In this document: positions 25,310-35,333 of the stretch, piece after piece
Layout of the letters: each line of letters begins with the position of its first letter
Position numbering within the stretch: the first letter of the stretch is position 1
Assembly: GCA_041611735.1 (NCBI GenBank)
Contig: JBFIML010000015.1
Span: forward strand, 1 to 64,000
Direction: 5' to 3'
Source of the DNA: Myxococcota bacterium
Lineage (GTDB): Bacteria > Myxococcota_A > UBA9160 > PR03
DNA: 64,000 nucleotides
Notes under the pieces: generated by a model
Told to the model about the DNA's origin: nothing
The model's database searches: none
Seen by the model: only the letters and a program-made list of their open reading frames with translations
Position numbers and translations under genes: made by a program

Positions 25310-27568
25310 ATGCGGACGCGGGTCGCCATCGGGATCGGACTCCTGCTCGGGGTGTTCCTCGACGCCACCGCCACGGCGGACGCGCGCTTCCCGCGGCCGG
25401 ACGCCCTCCACCCGCGCGTGCACTTCTGGACCCGCGTCTTCGCCGAGGTCGGCACGGACGGCGGCCTGATCCACGACTCCGTCCACCTCGACGTCGTGTA
25501 CGAGGTGCTGCGCCTGCCGGAGGGTCTCTCGCCGCGCTCCCGCGAGGAGCGCGTGGAGAGTGCCAAGAAGCGCTACCAGGAAATCCTGCGCCATCTGGCC
25601 AGCGGCCGGCGCTCGAATCTGAGCCACGAGGAGCTTCGCGTCCTGGCCCTGTGGCCCGACGGGGTCTCCGAGGAGACGCTGCGCCAGGCGTCCGGCCGCG
25701 TGCGCTTCCAGCTCGGGCAGGCGGACAAGTTCCGGCACGGCCTGGTGCGGGCGAGCGCCTGGGAGCCACACATCCGCCGGGTCTTCGCCGCCGAGGGCAT
25801 CCCGCAGGAGCTCGCGGCCCTGCCCCACGTGGAGTCCTCCTACAACCCGCGCGCCGTCTCCAAGGCGGGGGCCGCAGGCATGTGGCAGTTCACGCGCCCC
25901 ACCGGGCGGATCTACCTGCGCATCGACTCGGCGGTGGACGAGCGCTTCGACCCCTGGCTGAGTTCCGAGGCCGCCGCCGCCCTGCTGCGCGACAACTACG
26001 AGCGGACCGGGACCTGGCCCCTGGCCATCACCGCCTACAACCACGGCACGGCGGGGATGCGGCGAGCGATCCAACAGGTGGGAACCCGCAACATCGAGAC
26101 CATCATCGAGCGCTACCAGAGCCGGAGCTTCGGCTTCGCCTCGCGCAACTTCTACGCCGAGTTCCTGGCGGCCTTGGACGTCTCCCGGGCGGCCGAGCGG
26201 TACTTCGGTCCCCTGGAGCGCGCGGCCCCGGTGGACCACGAGGTGGTGGTGCTGGACGCCTACTACGGCGCCCGCGCCCTGAGCCGGGCTTTCGGGGTGG
26301 ACGTGGGTCTGTTGCAGGAGCTCAATCCGGCCTTGCAGAAACCGGTGTGGAGCGGCCAGAAGCACGTTCCGCGCGGCTACACGCTGCGGCTGCCCCGGGT
26401 GACGGACCGCCCGCCGGCCACCACCCTGTTGGCTTCGTTACCGAATCAACAGCGTTTCGGCGAACAGAAGCCGGACCGGCACTACCGGGTACGGCGGGGC
26501 GATACCCTCTCGATCATCGCGCACCGCTTTGGCGTGAGCGAGCAGGAGCTGGCGCAGACGAACGGCCTCCGCAACCGCCACCGCATCCGCGTGGGACAGC
26601 GGCTGCGCGTGCCGGGGCGGCCGGGCACGCCCGAGGCGCGCCGCGTGCCTCCCGCCCGCCGGGAGCCGGCGCCGATCGTCACGGCGGGCACCTATCGGGT
26701 GCAGGCGGGCGACGCGCTCTCGACCATCGCGAGCCGCCTCGGGGTCTCGGAGGGCGAGCTGGCGGCGGCCAACGACATCACGCGGCCGGACCGCATCCGC
26801 GCCGGTCAGGAGCTGCGGGTGCCGGAGGCGGCTGCGAAGCGCGCGCCGGGCGTCACCGCCGAGAAGGCTCCCGAGGCCGAGCCCCGCACCGAGATCCCGG
26901 GCGAGCAGGCGGCTGCGGCCGAGCCGGCCGCGGAGGAGGCGGCGCCCGGCCGGCGGGTTGCTCCGGGTCCCGCCGCAGCGACCCCCGGCCCCGAGACCCC
27001 GAGCGAGCCCGCCGCCCCCCCGGGGGCCACGCCGGACGCCGGGGCCGCCGACGGCAGCGTGCCCGGAGACGGCGCTGCGGAGGCCCCCGTGGCCGAGCCT
27101 CCCGGCGCGCCGGAGCCCTCCCCGGGCGCCGCGCCCTTCGACCCCTCCCGCTATGCCGTGCGCGAGGACCGGATCCTGGTGCAGCCCGAGGAAACCCTCG
27201 GACACCTGGCGGACTGGCTCGGCGTCCCCACGGCCCGGCTGCGGCGGCTGAACGGCCTCGGCCCGCGCACCCCGCTCGCCCTCGGCCGGCGCCTGAAGCT
27301 CGACTTCTCACGCACCTCCCAGGCCGACTTCGAGAAGCAGCGCACCGCCCACCATCGGGCCATCCGCGAGGAGTTCTTCCGCCGCCACCGGGTGGCCCGC
27401 ACCGAGGATCACGTGCTGCGCCGGGGCGAGACCCTGTGGGAGCTCTCGCGCCAGCGCTACGGCCTGCCGCTCTGGCTGCTCGCGGACTACAACCCGGACC
27501 TGGTCGCGAAGGACCTGCGGCCCGGCCTGCGCTTGCGGATCCCCCAGGTCGAGCCGCGCTCCACCTAG
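25310..27568 (+). CDS. MltD-like lytic transglycosylase with multiple LysM domains
   Basis: 'VESSYN', 'AAGMWQF', 'AYNHG'; LysM 'YRVRRGDTLS' repeats; Pro/Ala linker. Confidence 0.9.
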   Translation: MRTRVAIGIGLLLGVFLDATATADARFPRPDALHPRVHFWTRVFAEVGTDGGLIHDSVHLDVVYEVLRLPEGLSPRSREERVESAKKRYQEILRHLASGRRSNLSHEELRVLALWPDGVSEETLRQASGRVRFQLGQADKFRHGLVRASAWEPHIRRVFAAEGIPQELAALPHVESSYNPRAVSKAGAAGMWQFTRPTGRIYLRIDSAVDERFDPWLSSEAAAALLRDNYERTGTWPLAITAYNHGTAGMRRAIQQVGTRNIETIIERYQSRSFGFASRNFYAEFLAALDVSRAAERYFGPLERAAPVDHEVVVLDAYYGARALSRAFGVDVGLLQELNPALQKPVWSGQKHVPRGYTLRLPRVTDRPPATTLLASLPNQQRFGEQKPDRHYRVRRGDTLSIIAHRFGVSEQELAQTNGLRNRHRIRVGQRLRVPGRPGTPEARRVPPARREPAPIVTAGTYRVQAGDALSTIASRLGVSEGELAAANDITRPDRIRAGQELRVPEAAAKRAPGVTAEKAPEAEPRTEIPGEQAAAAEPAAEEAAPGRRVAPGPAAATPGPETPSEPAAPPGATPDAGAADGSVPGDGAAEAPVAEPPGAPEPSPGAAPFDPSRYAVREDRILVQPEETLGHLADWLGVPTARLRRLNGLGPRTPLALGRRLKLDFSRTSQADFEKQRTAHHRAIREEFFRRHRVARTEDHVLRRGETLWELSRQRYGLPLWLLADYNPDLVAKDLRPGLRLRIPQVEPRST

Positions 27569-28263
27569 AGGCCGGGCGGCCCGCCCGCCGCCTGGAAGAG
27601 GGTCTCGTCGGGGACGCGAAGCGCCGTGAGCGGACCCCCGAACACGGCGCCCGTGTCGATGCCGACGCTGAAGGGCGGATTCCAGCGCACCTGGAAGTCG
27701 GGGCTCGGAGTGTGGCCGTAGACGATGGTCACCCCCAGCCGGTGCGGCAGGTCGATGCTGGCCCGGTTCCAGAGCAGATCCTCGGGTCGCGAACGGCGCA
27801 GGACGTAGTCGAGGTCCGTGTGGTCGAGCAGCGAGCGATCGAGGCCCGCGTGCACGAACAGGTAGTCGCCCTCCACGTGGTGGAGCTGGAGGTTGCGGTA
27901 GAACGTCTCGTGCTCCGGGGGCAGCTTGAAGTCCTCGGGCCGGCCCGCCCCGGAGTCGAAGTAGCCGTAGGAGAGCAGCGTCTGGGAGCCTCCGTTCAGC
28001 AGGAAGGCGTCTCCCCCGAAGTAGGCCGGGCCCCGCCAGCCCAGGAAGTGCAGGAACATCGACTCGTGATTGCCCATCAGGAAGACGCAGGACCGCTCGC
28101 GGGACAGGGCGATCAGGCGGTCCACCGCCCCCCGTGGGTCCGGACCCCGGTCCACGTAGTCGCCCAGGAAGACGAGCCGGTCCTGCGGCCCGATCGGCAG
28201 CTCCTCGAGCAGCTCCTCGAGCTTCCCGGTCTCGCCGTGGATGTCCCCGATGGCGTACAGCAC
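27565..28263 (-). CDS. PPP-family Ser/Thr protein phosphatase (metallophosphoesterase)
   Basis: 'GDIHG', 'GDYVDRG', 'GNHE', 'HAG', 'GHTP', 'IDTG'. Confidence 0.9.
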   Translation of the reverse strand: MLYAIGDIHGETGKLEELLEELPIGPQDRLVFLGDYVDRGPDPRGAVDRLIALSRERSCVFLMGNHESMFLHFLGWRGPAYFGGDAFLLNGGSQTLLSYGYFDSGAGRPEDFKLPPEHETFYRNLQLHHVEGDYLFVHAGLDRSLLDHTDLDYVLRRSRPEDLLWNRASIDLPHRLGVTIVYGHTPSPDFQVRWNPPFSVGIDTGAVFGGPLTALRVPDETLFQAAGGPPGL

Positions 28264-28313
28264 GGAAGGGCTCTCCGCGGTTCGTTTCGGCCAACGCCCC
28301 GCAGGGCTTGAAG

Positions 28314-29375
28314 TCAGGCCCCGGCGACGGATCGCACCGCCGGCTGCCGGGCGGCGAGCTGGCCGCAGGCCGCCTCGATGTCGTCGCCCCGGGGCCGTCG
28401 CAGCGTGACCGTGAGACCGCCCGCCGCGACCTCGGCCAGGAAGCGCTCGCAGACCTCCGGCGACGGCGCACGCTGCGTGGCGTCCGGATGCGGGTTCATG
28501 GGGATCACGTTCAGCTTGGCCGGGATCCCGCGCAGCAGCGCCACCAGCCGACGCGCGTCCTCGGGAGCGTCGTTCACCTCCGCCATGAGCGTGTACTCGA
28601 AGAAGACGGGGCGACGCGGCGTGATCGCATCGAGCTCGCGCAGGGCGCCGAGCAGCACGGCCAGCGGGAAGCGCCGGTTGAGCGGCACGAGCCGGTCGCG
28701 CACCGCATCCGTGCTGGCGTGCAGGGAGACGGCCAGGTTGACCGGCACGCTCTCCAGGAGGGGTCTCAGCTTCGGCACCACGCCGGCGGTGGAGACGGTC
28801 ACGCGACGCGGCGCCAGGGCGAAGCCGTGGGGATGCAGCAGCACCCGGATCGCTTCCACCACGGCACGCAGGTTCAGGAGCGGCTCCCCCATGCCCATGA
28901 ACACCACGTTGGTGAGGCGCTGACCCTCGGGCAGGACATCGCGCATGCGGCACACCTGGTCCAGGATCTCGGCGGTAGTGAGGTTGCGCCGGAACCCCAT
29001 GGCGCCGGTGGCGCAGAAGGAGCAGGCCAGCGGACAACCCACCTGGGTCGAGAGACAAAGCGTGGTCCGTGGGCCCTCCGGGATCCACACCGCCTCCACG
29101 ACGGCGCCGTCTTCCGCCACCAGGCGCCCCTTGCGCGTCCCGTCCCCAGACTCCGCGACGTCCACGAGCTCCAGGGCACGGGTGCGCCACTCCCGCGCGA
29201 TGCGACCGCGCAGCTCGAGGCCGAGATCCGTCATGCCGTGGGGATCGTCCACGCCGCGCGCATAGAGCCACCCGGCGACCTGGTCGGCGCGGTAGGGCGG
29301 CAGGCCCGCGGCCCGGAAGCGGCCGCGCAGGGCCTCCACGGAGTAGTCCTTCAGATGCGGTCGGGGATCGGACAT
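28314..29375 (-). CDS. rlmN: 23S rRNA/tRNA m2A radical SAM methyltransferase
   Basis: 'CPLACSFC', 'MGMGEP', 'AACGQL'. Confidence 0.95.
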   Translation of the reverse strand: MSDPRPHLKDYSVEALRGRFRAAGLPPYRADQVAGWLYARGVDDPHGMTDLGLELRGRIAREWRTRALELVDVAESGDGTRKGRLVAEDGAVVEAVWIPEGPRTTLCLSTQVGCPLACSFCATGAMGFRRNLTTAEILDQVCRMRDVLPEGQRLTNVVFMGMGEPLLNLRAVVEAIRVLLHPHGFALAPRRVTVSTAGVVPKLRPLLESVPVNLAVSLHASTDAVRDRLVPLNRRFPLAVLLGALRELDAITPRRPVFFEYTLMAEVNDAPEDARRLVALLRGIPAKLNVIPMNPHPDATQRAPSPEVCERFLAEVAAGGLTVTLRRPRGDDIEAACGQLAARQPAVRSVAGA

Positions 29376-29397
29376 GGCGGCGCAGCGCCCGGGAGCG

Positions 29398-29426
29398 ACG
29401 CTACGGGTCGCGGCGCGGAGTGTCAA
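29398..29426 (-). promoter_or_regulatory. Putative sigma70 promoter for rlmN, inside trmB 3' end
   Basis: TTGACA-N17-TAGCGT on minus strand. Confidence 0.55.
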
Positions 29427-30090
29427 CACAGCCCACGTCGGAGCGGCCGTCGGCACGCCGGCGGTAGGCCCAGAAGCGCAGGCGGCGCCCCTCGCGCCGC
29501 CATTCGAGCTCGTAGGCCGTGGGTGTGCGCCCGGGCACCTCGGTGAGGTAGGGCTCCGGGGCATGCAGGTTCTCCAGGCGCAGCTCCGCCGCCAGGGCCG
29601 CGTCGATGACCTCCGCGTAGCCCGCATGGTCCGTCGCCACGTGCACGACCCCGCCCGGACGCAGCCGCTCGGCCAGGCAGCCCACCCGGGACCCGGTCAC
29701 CAGGCGTCGCTTGTGGTGGCGCTTCTTCGGCCACGGATCGGGGAAGTTGATCCAGAACGCCTCCACCGACGCCCGAAGCAGCAGCTCCTCCAGCACCAAC
29801 TCCCCGGGCGCGTGCAGGAGGCGCAGGTTGCGAAGCGGGGTGCGCGCCAGCCGACGCGCCATCTTGAGCACCCGCTTGCGCGAGAGCTCGACCCCCACGT
29901 AGGCAACCTCGGGGTGCTTGCGCGCCAGCTCCATCATGAACTCGCCGCGACCGAAGCCGAACTCCACGACGAGGTGCAACGGAGCCTGGAGGTCGGGAGC
30001 GAAGATCCGCTCCCACCCCTCGCGCCGGACCTGCTCGACGCCGACGCGCCAGTCCGGGCCGGGAACGTCGAACTTCAGCCGGCGCGCCAC
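29401..30090 (-). CDS. trmB: tRNA (guanine-N7) methyltransferase
   Basis: 'EFGFGRG', 'FPDPWPKKRHHKRR', 'ATD'. Confidence 0.92.
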   Translation of the reverse strand: MARRLKFDVPGPDWRVGVEQVRREGWERIFAPDLQAPLHLVVEFGFGRGEFMMELARKHPEVAYVGVELSRKRVLKMARRLARTPLRNLRLLHAPGELVLEELLLRASVEAFWINFPDPWPKKRHHKRRLVTGSRVGCLAERLRPGGVVHVATDHAGYAEVIDAALAAELRLENLHAPEPYLTEVPGRTPTAYELEWRREGRRLRFWAYRRRADGRSDVGCVDTPRRDP

Positions 30091-31736
30091 CGGCTCTCCC
30101 CGCCGGCGATCCAGGCCAGACCCATGCCCACCAGGCTCCGCAGCCCCGGCAGCGGCGCCCGCCTCGGATAGACGTCCACGATCACGCGCTCCGCATCCGG
30201 AATGCCCGCGCGCCGGCGCGCGTCCCGCAGCGCCTCCAGCGGACCGCCGAGCTCGTCCACCAGGTGCAGGGCGTGCGCCCGCCGGCCGCTCCAGACGCGC
30301 CCCTGCGCCACCTCCTCCACCGCGGGACGCGACAGGCCCCGGCCCTCGGCCACGCGCTCCACGAATACGTCGTAGACCGCTCGCAGCTCGTGGCGCAGGC
30401 TCGCGCGCTCTTCGCTGGTGAAGGGACGCGAAGCGGACAGCAGCCCGGCGCGCCGGCCACGCTCGACGAAGTCGATGCCGACGCCGAGCCGTTCGTAGAG
30501 GCCAGCCACGCTGAACTTCCCCCCCACCACCCCGATCGACCCGGTGAGGGTCGCCGCCTCCGCCACCAGCGCGTGGCCCGCCACGGCGGCGTAGTAGCCG
30601 CCCGAGGCCGCCACGTCGCCCAGGGAGACCACCAACGGCTTGTCCCGGGCCACCACGTGCAGGGCGCGCCAGAGCAGGTCCGAAGCCACGGCGTCCCCGC
30701 CCGGGCTCGCGATCCGCACCACCAGGGCGTGGACCGCCGGATCGAGCCGCAAGCGCTCCAGCAGCTCGCGAGTGGCCGGCACGGAGACCCCGGCGGGAAG
30801 GTGCGCAGACCCGTCGTGGATGCGACCGCGCAGGACCACGTAGGCGACGCGCGGCCGGTCGCGCCGAAGCGGGTGCCAGCCCGCGTCCGTGGCGCGCAGC
30901 CGGTGGTAGAGGGGCGCCTCCGCCTGGGCCACCCCGGTGGCGTCGGAGCGGCGCGGGCGACGCCCGGTCGCGGGGGCGAGCGTGGCGAGCGACTCGTCGA
31001 GCTGGTCCGGATAGAGGCAGGCGTCCACCAGCCCCTGCTCCCGGGCGTCCCGGGCGCCGTAGGGTCCGCGGTCGATGCGCTCGCGGACTCCCTGCGGGTC
31101 GAGGCCCCGGCCGGTGGCGATGGCTTCGACCAGCTCGTGGTACAGGTCGTCCAGCAGCCCCTCGAGCTGCTCGCGCTGCTCCCGCGACATCTCCGAGCGG
31201 GTGAACATCTCGCCGGCGGTCTTGTGGGTTCCGACCTGCAGCAGCTCCGGCTCGATCGCGAGCTGGCGCAGGGCCTCCCCGAGATAGAGGCCCTCGGCGC
31301 GCAGCCCCACCACCTGCAGGGTGCCGGTCTCGGGCAGCCAGATGCGGTCGGCGGCGCTGGCGATCCAGTAGTCGGCGAGCCCCAGGCGCTCGCCGTAGGC
31401 GGCCACGGGCTTGCCCGCGGCGCGCACGGCAGCCACGGCGCGTCGCAGCCCGGCGACCCGGGCCAGGCCGCGGGGCGCCCCACCCAGGCGCAGCAGCACG
31501 CCCGCGATGCGCGGATCCCCGGCGGCCGCCGCCAGGGTCTGGAGCACGTCGAACAGGCCCAGGGACGCCTCGCGCTGAAACGGAAGCGCGGGCGGACGCA
31601 GCTCGTCGAGCGGCGGGCCGAGGCGGAGCGAGAGCCAGCAGGGAGCGCTCGGAAGCATGGCCCGGGCCACACCCAGGCGTCCCACGCGGGCCAGGTTGCC
31701 GCCCACGCGGCGCAGCAAGCGGACGGCGGCCGCCAT
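30075..31736 (-). CDS. sppA: Signal peptide peptidase SppA (long form)
   Basis: 'HKTAGE', 'SPGG', 'AASGGY', 'TGSIGV', 'QGRVWSG'. Confidence 0.88.
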   Translation of the reverse strand: MAAAVRLLRRVGGNLARVGRLGVARAMLPSAPCWLSLRLGPPLDELRPPALPFQREASLGLFDVLQTLAAAAGDPRIAGVLLRLGGAPRGLARVAGLRRAVAAVRAAGKPVAAYGERLGLADYWIASAADRIWLPETGTLQVVGLRAEGLYLGEALRQLAIEPELLQVGTHKTAGEMFTRSEMSREQREQLEGLLDDLYHELVEAIATGRGLDPQGVRERIDRGPYGARDAREQGLVDACLYPDQLDESLATLAPATGRRPRRSDATGVAQAEAPLYHRLRATDAGWHPLRRDRPRVAYVVLRGRIHDGSAHLPAGVSVPATRELLERLRLDPAVHALVVRIASPGGDAVASDLLWRALHVVARDKPLVVSLGDVAASGGYYAAVAGHALVAEAATLTGSIGVVGGKFSVAGLYERLGVGIDFVERGRRAGLLSASRPFTSEERASLRHELRAVYDVFVERVAEGRGLSRPAVEEVAQGRVWSGRRAHALHLVDELGGPLEALRDARRRAGIPDAERVIVDVYPRRAPLPGLRSLVGMGLAWIAGGESRWRAG

Positions 31737-32569
31737 CAGCGCCGGGACGGAGCCGACTCGGGGGCGAGCAGTCGGATGCGGCGCTGGATGATCTCGAGGC
31801 GTCCGCCGTCGTCCGTGCGCAGGCCGGCCGGCAGGCGTCGCGCCGCCAGGTTGCGCCGGGCAGAGTCGATGCGGTCCTGGGTGGTGGGGTGGCTCGACAG
31901 GAAGGTCGGGACCCGGGAGCCGCCCTCCGCCTTCAGGGTCTCGAAGAAGCTCACCATCCCGTGCGGGTCGTAGCCGGCCTGGGGCAGCGTGGCGAGGGCG
32001 AAGGTGTCGGCCTCCTGCTCCGCCTCGCGTCCGAACTTGTTGAGCACCAGCATGGCCGTGAGCCCACCGCCCAGGTTCGCCACCTCCGCCGCGGCTCCCC
32101 CGGCCAGGACGCCCGCTCCGAGCACGAGCAGTTGCTGGCCGATCCCCGCCGTGCGCTGCTTGTTGTAGTTGTCCGCCACGTGGCGATGGACCACGTGACC
32201 GACCTCGTGACCGATCACCCCGGCCAGCTCGCTCACGTTGCGCGCCTTCAGGATCGTGCCCGTGTTCACGTAGATGTGGCCGGCGGGGCCGGCGAAGGCG
32301 TTGATCTCGCCGTCGTCCACCACGGAGAAGTCGTATTCGAAGGGCTGCGGACCCGCCGCCCGCAGGATCTCGAACCCGATCGAGCGTACGTAGCCGACGA
32401 CCACCCGGTCGTGGAGCAGGGGCAGCTGGGCGCGTGCCTCGCGCTCGAACTCCTGGCCGAGGCGCTTCTCCTGGCTCACCGTGAGGGGGGCGCAGGCCGC
32501 AGCCGTCGCCGCCAGGACCACCAGCAGGCCGCGCCGCGAGCGCCCTCCCCTACAGCAGCTCCGCGGCAT
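31736..32569 (-). CDS. M48 family metalloprotease (lipoprotein)
   Basis: Lipobox-like 'AAAC', 'NAFA', 'HEVGH', 'EQEAD', 'SSHP'. Confidence 0.88.
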   Translation of the reverse strand: MPRSCCRGGRSRRGLLVVLAATAAACAPLTVSQEKRLGQEFEREARAQLPLLHDRVVVGYVRSIGFEILRAAGPQPFEYDFSVVDDGEINAFAGPAGHIYVNTGTILKARNVSELAGVIGHEVGHVVHRHVADNYNKQRTAGIGQQLLVLGAGVLAGGAAAEVANLGGGLTAMLVLNKFGREAEQEADTFALATLPQAGYDPHGMVSFFETLKAEGGSRVPTFLSSHPTTQDRIDSARRNLAARRLPAGLRTDDGGRLEIIQRRIRLLAPESAPSRR

Positions 32570-33737
32570 CGACGCCTCCCGTCTTGCGCAGCGTCTCGGT
32601 GACGTGCCGGATGATCGACAGCACCGAGAGGTCGAAGGACTCGTTGTCCACGATGGGGACGTGGTGGAGATCGGCCAGCTCGAGCAGATGATCCTGGATC
32701 TGGAGGACCGCGTCGAGATTCTCCAGATAGCGGTGGGGCGGACGCCGCTCGCCGCGCGCGCGCTGCTCGAAACGACCACGGAAGGCGTCCGCGTCCAGGG
32801 TGGCCACCAGCAGGAAGATCACGTGGGCGGTGTCTCGGTAGGCCTCGAGGTCGATGATCCCGGGTACGATCGACACGCCGTCCAGGATGAGGCTCGCGTT
32901 CTCGGCCACGGACCGGTCCATGAGGGCGCGCACGCCCACGGACACCACCGAGGCCTGGGCGAGGAAACCCTCGACCACCGGTTCCTGCCCCGGCGCCGCC
33001 GCGCCGAGCACGGAGTGGGCCTCGTAGGAGGAGGCGTGGATGGCCGGCATCAGCTCCCGCGAGAGCATGATGCGCATGATCTGGCGGATGGCGTCGGTGG
33101 AGATGACCCGATGGATGCCGAGCCGGTGCGCGACCTCCAGGGCGAGGCTCGTCTTGCCCGACCCGGTCGTGCCCCCGAGCAGCAGGATCACCGGACGCTC
33201 GGGACGCTGGTAGCGGCGCCAGACCAGGTAGCGTTCGCCGGTCTGGGGCCCCAGGCGGCGGCTCAGGATCTCGTAGGCCAGGCGGCGCAGGTCGTGGCGG
33301 TCGATCTGGTCGATGCCGCGGCGCAGCAGGTCCTGCTCGATCTCCCGAGCCACGTCGAAGGCGTCGTTCGGGTCGATGGCGGCCGCGAGCAGCGACTGGG
33401 AGAGGAAGCCCTTGGAGAAGGGGCTGCCGCGGCCCTGGCCCGTCACGAGGATCCCGGCGGGCAGCCGGGGCAGGGCGGGCTCGCCCGGACGGGCGCCGAG
33501 CAGCTCCCGGACCGCCCGGGCGAGCTCCTCGCGCCGCACCAAGCCCTGGGCGCGGAAGCGGTCTCGCACCGCGTTGGCGGTCTCGTAGGCCTCCTCGAAG
33601 GAGAGGCCCCGCGCCATCAGCGAGTGGACCAGGATGCCCCGCATGAACGGGCGCCGGCTTCCCCCATCCTCGACCAGGAGTCGGCCTCGGCGCTCCTCCC
33701 GGGGCGGACGGGAACCCCGGCCGGGCTGGACGGCCAT
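32550..33737 (-). CDS. 2-phosphoglycerate kinase-like protein with two ATP-cone domains
   Basis: 'PFMRGIL' and 'PFSKGFL' cone starts, 'GGTTGSGKT', 'STDAIRQIMR', 'IHASSY'. Confidence 0.8.
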   Translation of the reverse strand: MAVQPGRGSRPPREERRGRLLVEDGGSRRPFMRGILVHSLMARGLSFEEAYETANAVRDRFRAQGLVRREELARAVRELLGARPGEPALPRLPAGILVTGQGRGSPFSKGFLSQSLLAAAIDPNDAFDVAREIEQDLLRRGIDQIDRHDLRRLAYEILSRRLGPQTGERYLVWRRYQRPERPVILLLGGTTGSGKTSLALEVAHRLGIHRVISTDAIRQIMRIMLSRELMPAIHASSYEAHSVLGAAAPGQEPVVEGFLAQASVVSVGVRALMDRSVAENASLILDGVSIVPGIIDLEAYRDTAHVIFLLVATLDADAFRGRFEQRARGERRPPHRYLENLDAVLQIQDHLLELADLHHVPIVDNESFDLSVLSIIRHVTETLRKTGGVDAAELL

Positions 33738-33828
33738 CCCCGCAGGCTACCGAACGGCCCGGGACGCCGGAAGCGGGGCAGGAGCGGCCCCCAGGGCTCC
33801 AATCGCCACAAGATCCCGTGAAATCCGG

Positions 33829-33858
33829 TTGACTTCTCCCGCAGGGCCGTTCTAGCGT
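33829..33858 (+). promoter_or_regulatory. Putative promoter of MerR-ParA operon
   Basis: TTGACT-N18-TAGCGT. Confidence 0.45.
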
Positions 33859-33890
33859 TCCGCTGCGGACTCGGTTGGGGGGGGAGAGGC

Positions 33891-34370
33891 CTGTCCGCCT
33901 GTTCCGAAGCGCTCTGGTTTCGGAGCGGCGAGATCACCCGCATCCTGGGGATCTCGCCGCGGCAGCTCCAGTACTGGGCGCAGACCGAGCTCGTCCGGCC
34001 CACGGTCCGCACGTCCGGGGGCCATCATCGCTACTCGTTCCGGGATCTGGTGGCCCTGCGGACCGTGAAACGGCTGATCGATGCCGGGGTCTCGGTCCAG
34101 CGGATCCGACGAAGCATCTGCAAGCTGCAGCAGGTCCTGCCTTCCGTGCAGCGACCCCTGTCGGAGCTGGTCCTGGTGGCCAGCGGCGACGCGGTGTTGG
34201 TGCTGAAGCATGGCGCGGCCTTCGAGGCCGTGTCCGGGCAGGCGTGGGTCCTCGAGGTCGCGGCCTTCCAGCGCGAGGTCGAGGACCGCGTGCGAGCCCT
34301 TCGCGCCGGTCGGGACGGCGCCGTCGAGTACGGCGCGCGGCCGGCATCGGCAAGAGAAGGACCGTGTTGA
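33891..34370 (+). CDS. MerR-family HTH regulator (non-canonical start)
   Basis: In-frame 'EITRILGISPRQLQYW...GHHRYSFRDLVALRTVKRLIDAG'; no ATG/GTG/TTG after the in-frame stop at 33819; CTG follows GGGGAG. Confidence 0.8.
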   Translation: MSACSEALWFRSGEITRILGISPRQLQYWAQTELVRPTVRTSGGHHRYSFRDLVALRTVKRLIDAGVSVQRIRRSICKLQQVLPSVQRPLSELVLVASGDAVLVLKHGAAFEAVSGQAWVLEVAAFQREVEDRVRALRAGRDGAVEYGARPASAREGPC

Positions 34371-34479
34371 GCACGTGTCGTTGCGGGTGGCGGAGCAGGG
34401 ATGGCGACCGTGCCCTGGCGTGCGCGGGCGGCCGGGCGACCGAGGCGTCGCCTCGGTCCGGCCGGGCGGAGGAATCGCG

Positions 34480-35319
34480 ATGCGCGTGATCACCATCGTC
34501 AATCAGAAGGGCGGCTGTGGAAAGACCACCACGGCGGTGAATCTCGGCGGCTGCCTGGCTTCGGACGGGGCCCGCGTGCTCGTGGTGGACGTGGACCCCC
34601 AGGCCCACGCCACCCTGGCGCTTGGCGTCGATCCGGAGCAGCTCGAGGAGAACCTGTACGACGTGCTGGCGGATGCAGACGGAGCAGCGCGCTTCGCGGC
34701 CGTGATCGTGCCGGTCACCGAACGGCTGCACGTGGTGCCGTCCGGGATCGTCCTCGCCGCCCTCGAGCAGAAGCTCGCGGCGGAGCGGGCCGAGACGCGC
34801 ACCGACCGGCTGGCGGCGGCGCTCCGCACCGTGGAGGGACGCTACGACTTCGTGCTGATCGACTGCCCACCCAACGTCGGGTTGCTCACGTTCAACGCCC
34901 TGCGCGCCGCCGGGGAGGTGATCGTTCCGCTCGAGACGAGCTTCTTCGCAGTGCACGGGGTCCACAAGCTGCTGGAGACGATCACGCTGCTCTCGGAGCG
35001 CATCGGTCATGATCCCAGCGTACGCATCCTGCCGACCCTCTACGACGGGCGCACGCGTTTCGCACGCGACACGCTGGCCGAGATCCGACGCACCTTCGGC
35101 GATCTCTGCTTCGACACGGTGATCCGGGGCAACGTCAAGCTGCGGGAGGCCGCGCGGCGCGGGCGGCCGATCGTGAGCTTCGCGGCCTCCGCCAACGGCG
35201 CGGTGGACTACGCCGCCCTGGCCGTCGAGCTGGCGGCGCTGCCGGCGAGCGTCGAGGCAACCGCAGCGCCTGGACCGCCGGGGACGCAGCCCCGGCCGTC
35301 GGGCCTGCTCGCGCGCTAG
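34480..35319 (+). CDS. ParA/Soj family ATPase
   Basis: 'NQKGGCGKTT', 'DVDPQ', 'DCPP', 'NVKLREA'; GGAGG SD. Confidence 0.9.
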   Translation: MRVITIVNQKGGCGKTTTAVNLGGCLASDGARVLVVDVDPQAHATLALGVDPEQLEENLYDVLADADGAARFAAVIVPVTERLHVVPSGIVLAALEQKLAAERAETRTDRLAAALRTVEGRYDFVLIDCPPNVGLLTFNALRAAGEVIVPLETSFFAVHGVHKLLETITLLSERIGHDPSVRILPTLYDGRTRFARDTLAEIRRTFGDLCFDTVIRGNVKLREAARRGRPIVSFAASANGAVDYAALAVELAALPASVEATAAPGPPGTQPRPSGLLAR

Positions 35320-35333
35320 GGCGAGCCGAGGAG

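Noticed and set aside
26290-26530. Locally lower GC and rare codons inside the LysM transglycosylase
   Set aside because: Reading frame is continuous; no repeat ends or convincing promoter
26830-27135. Low-complexity Pro/Ala/Glu repeats (similar stretch in ftsI 53560-53760)
   Set aside because: Ordinary disordered linkers, not DNA repeat arrays
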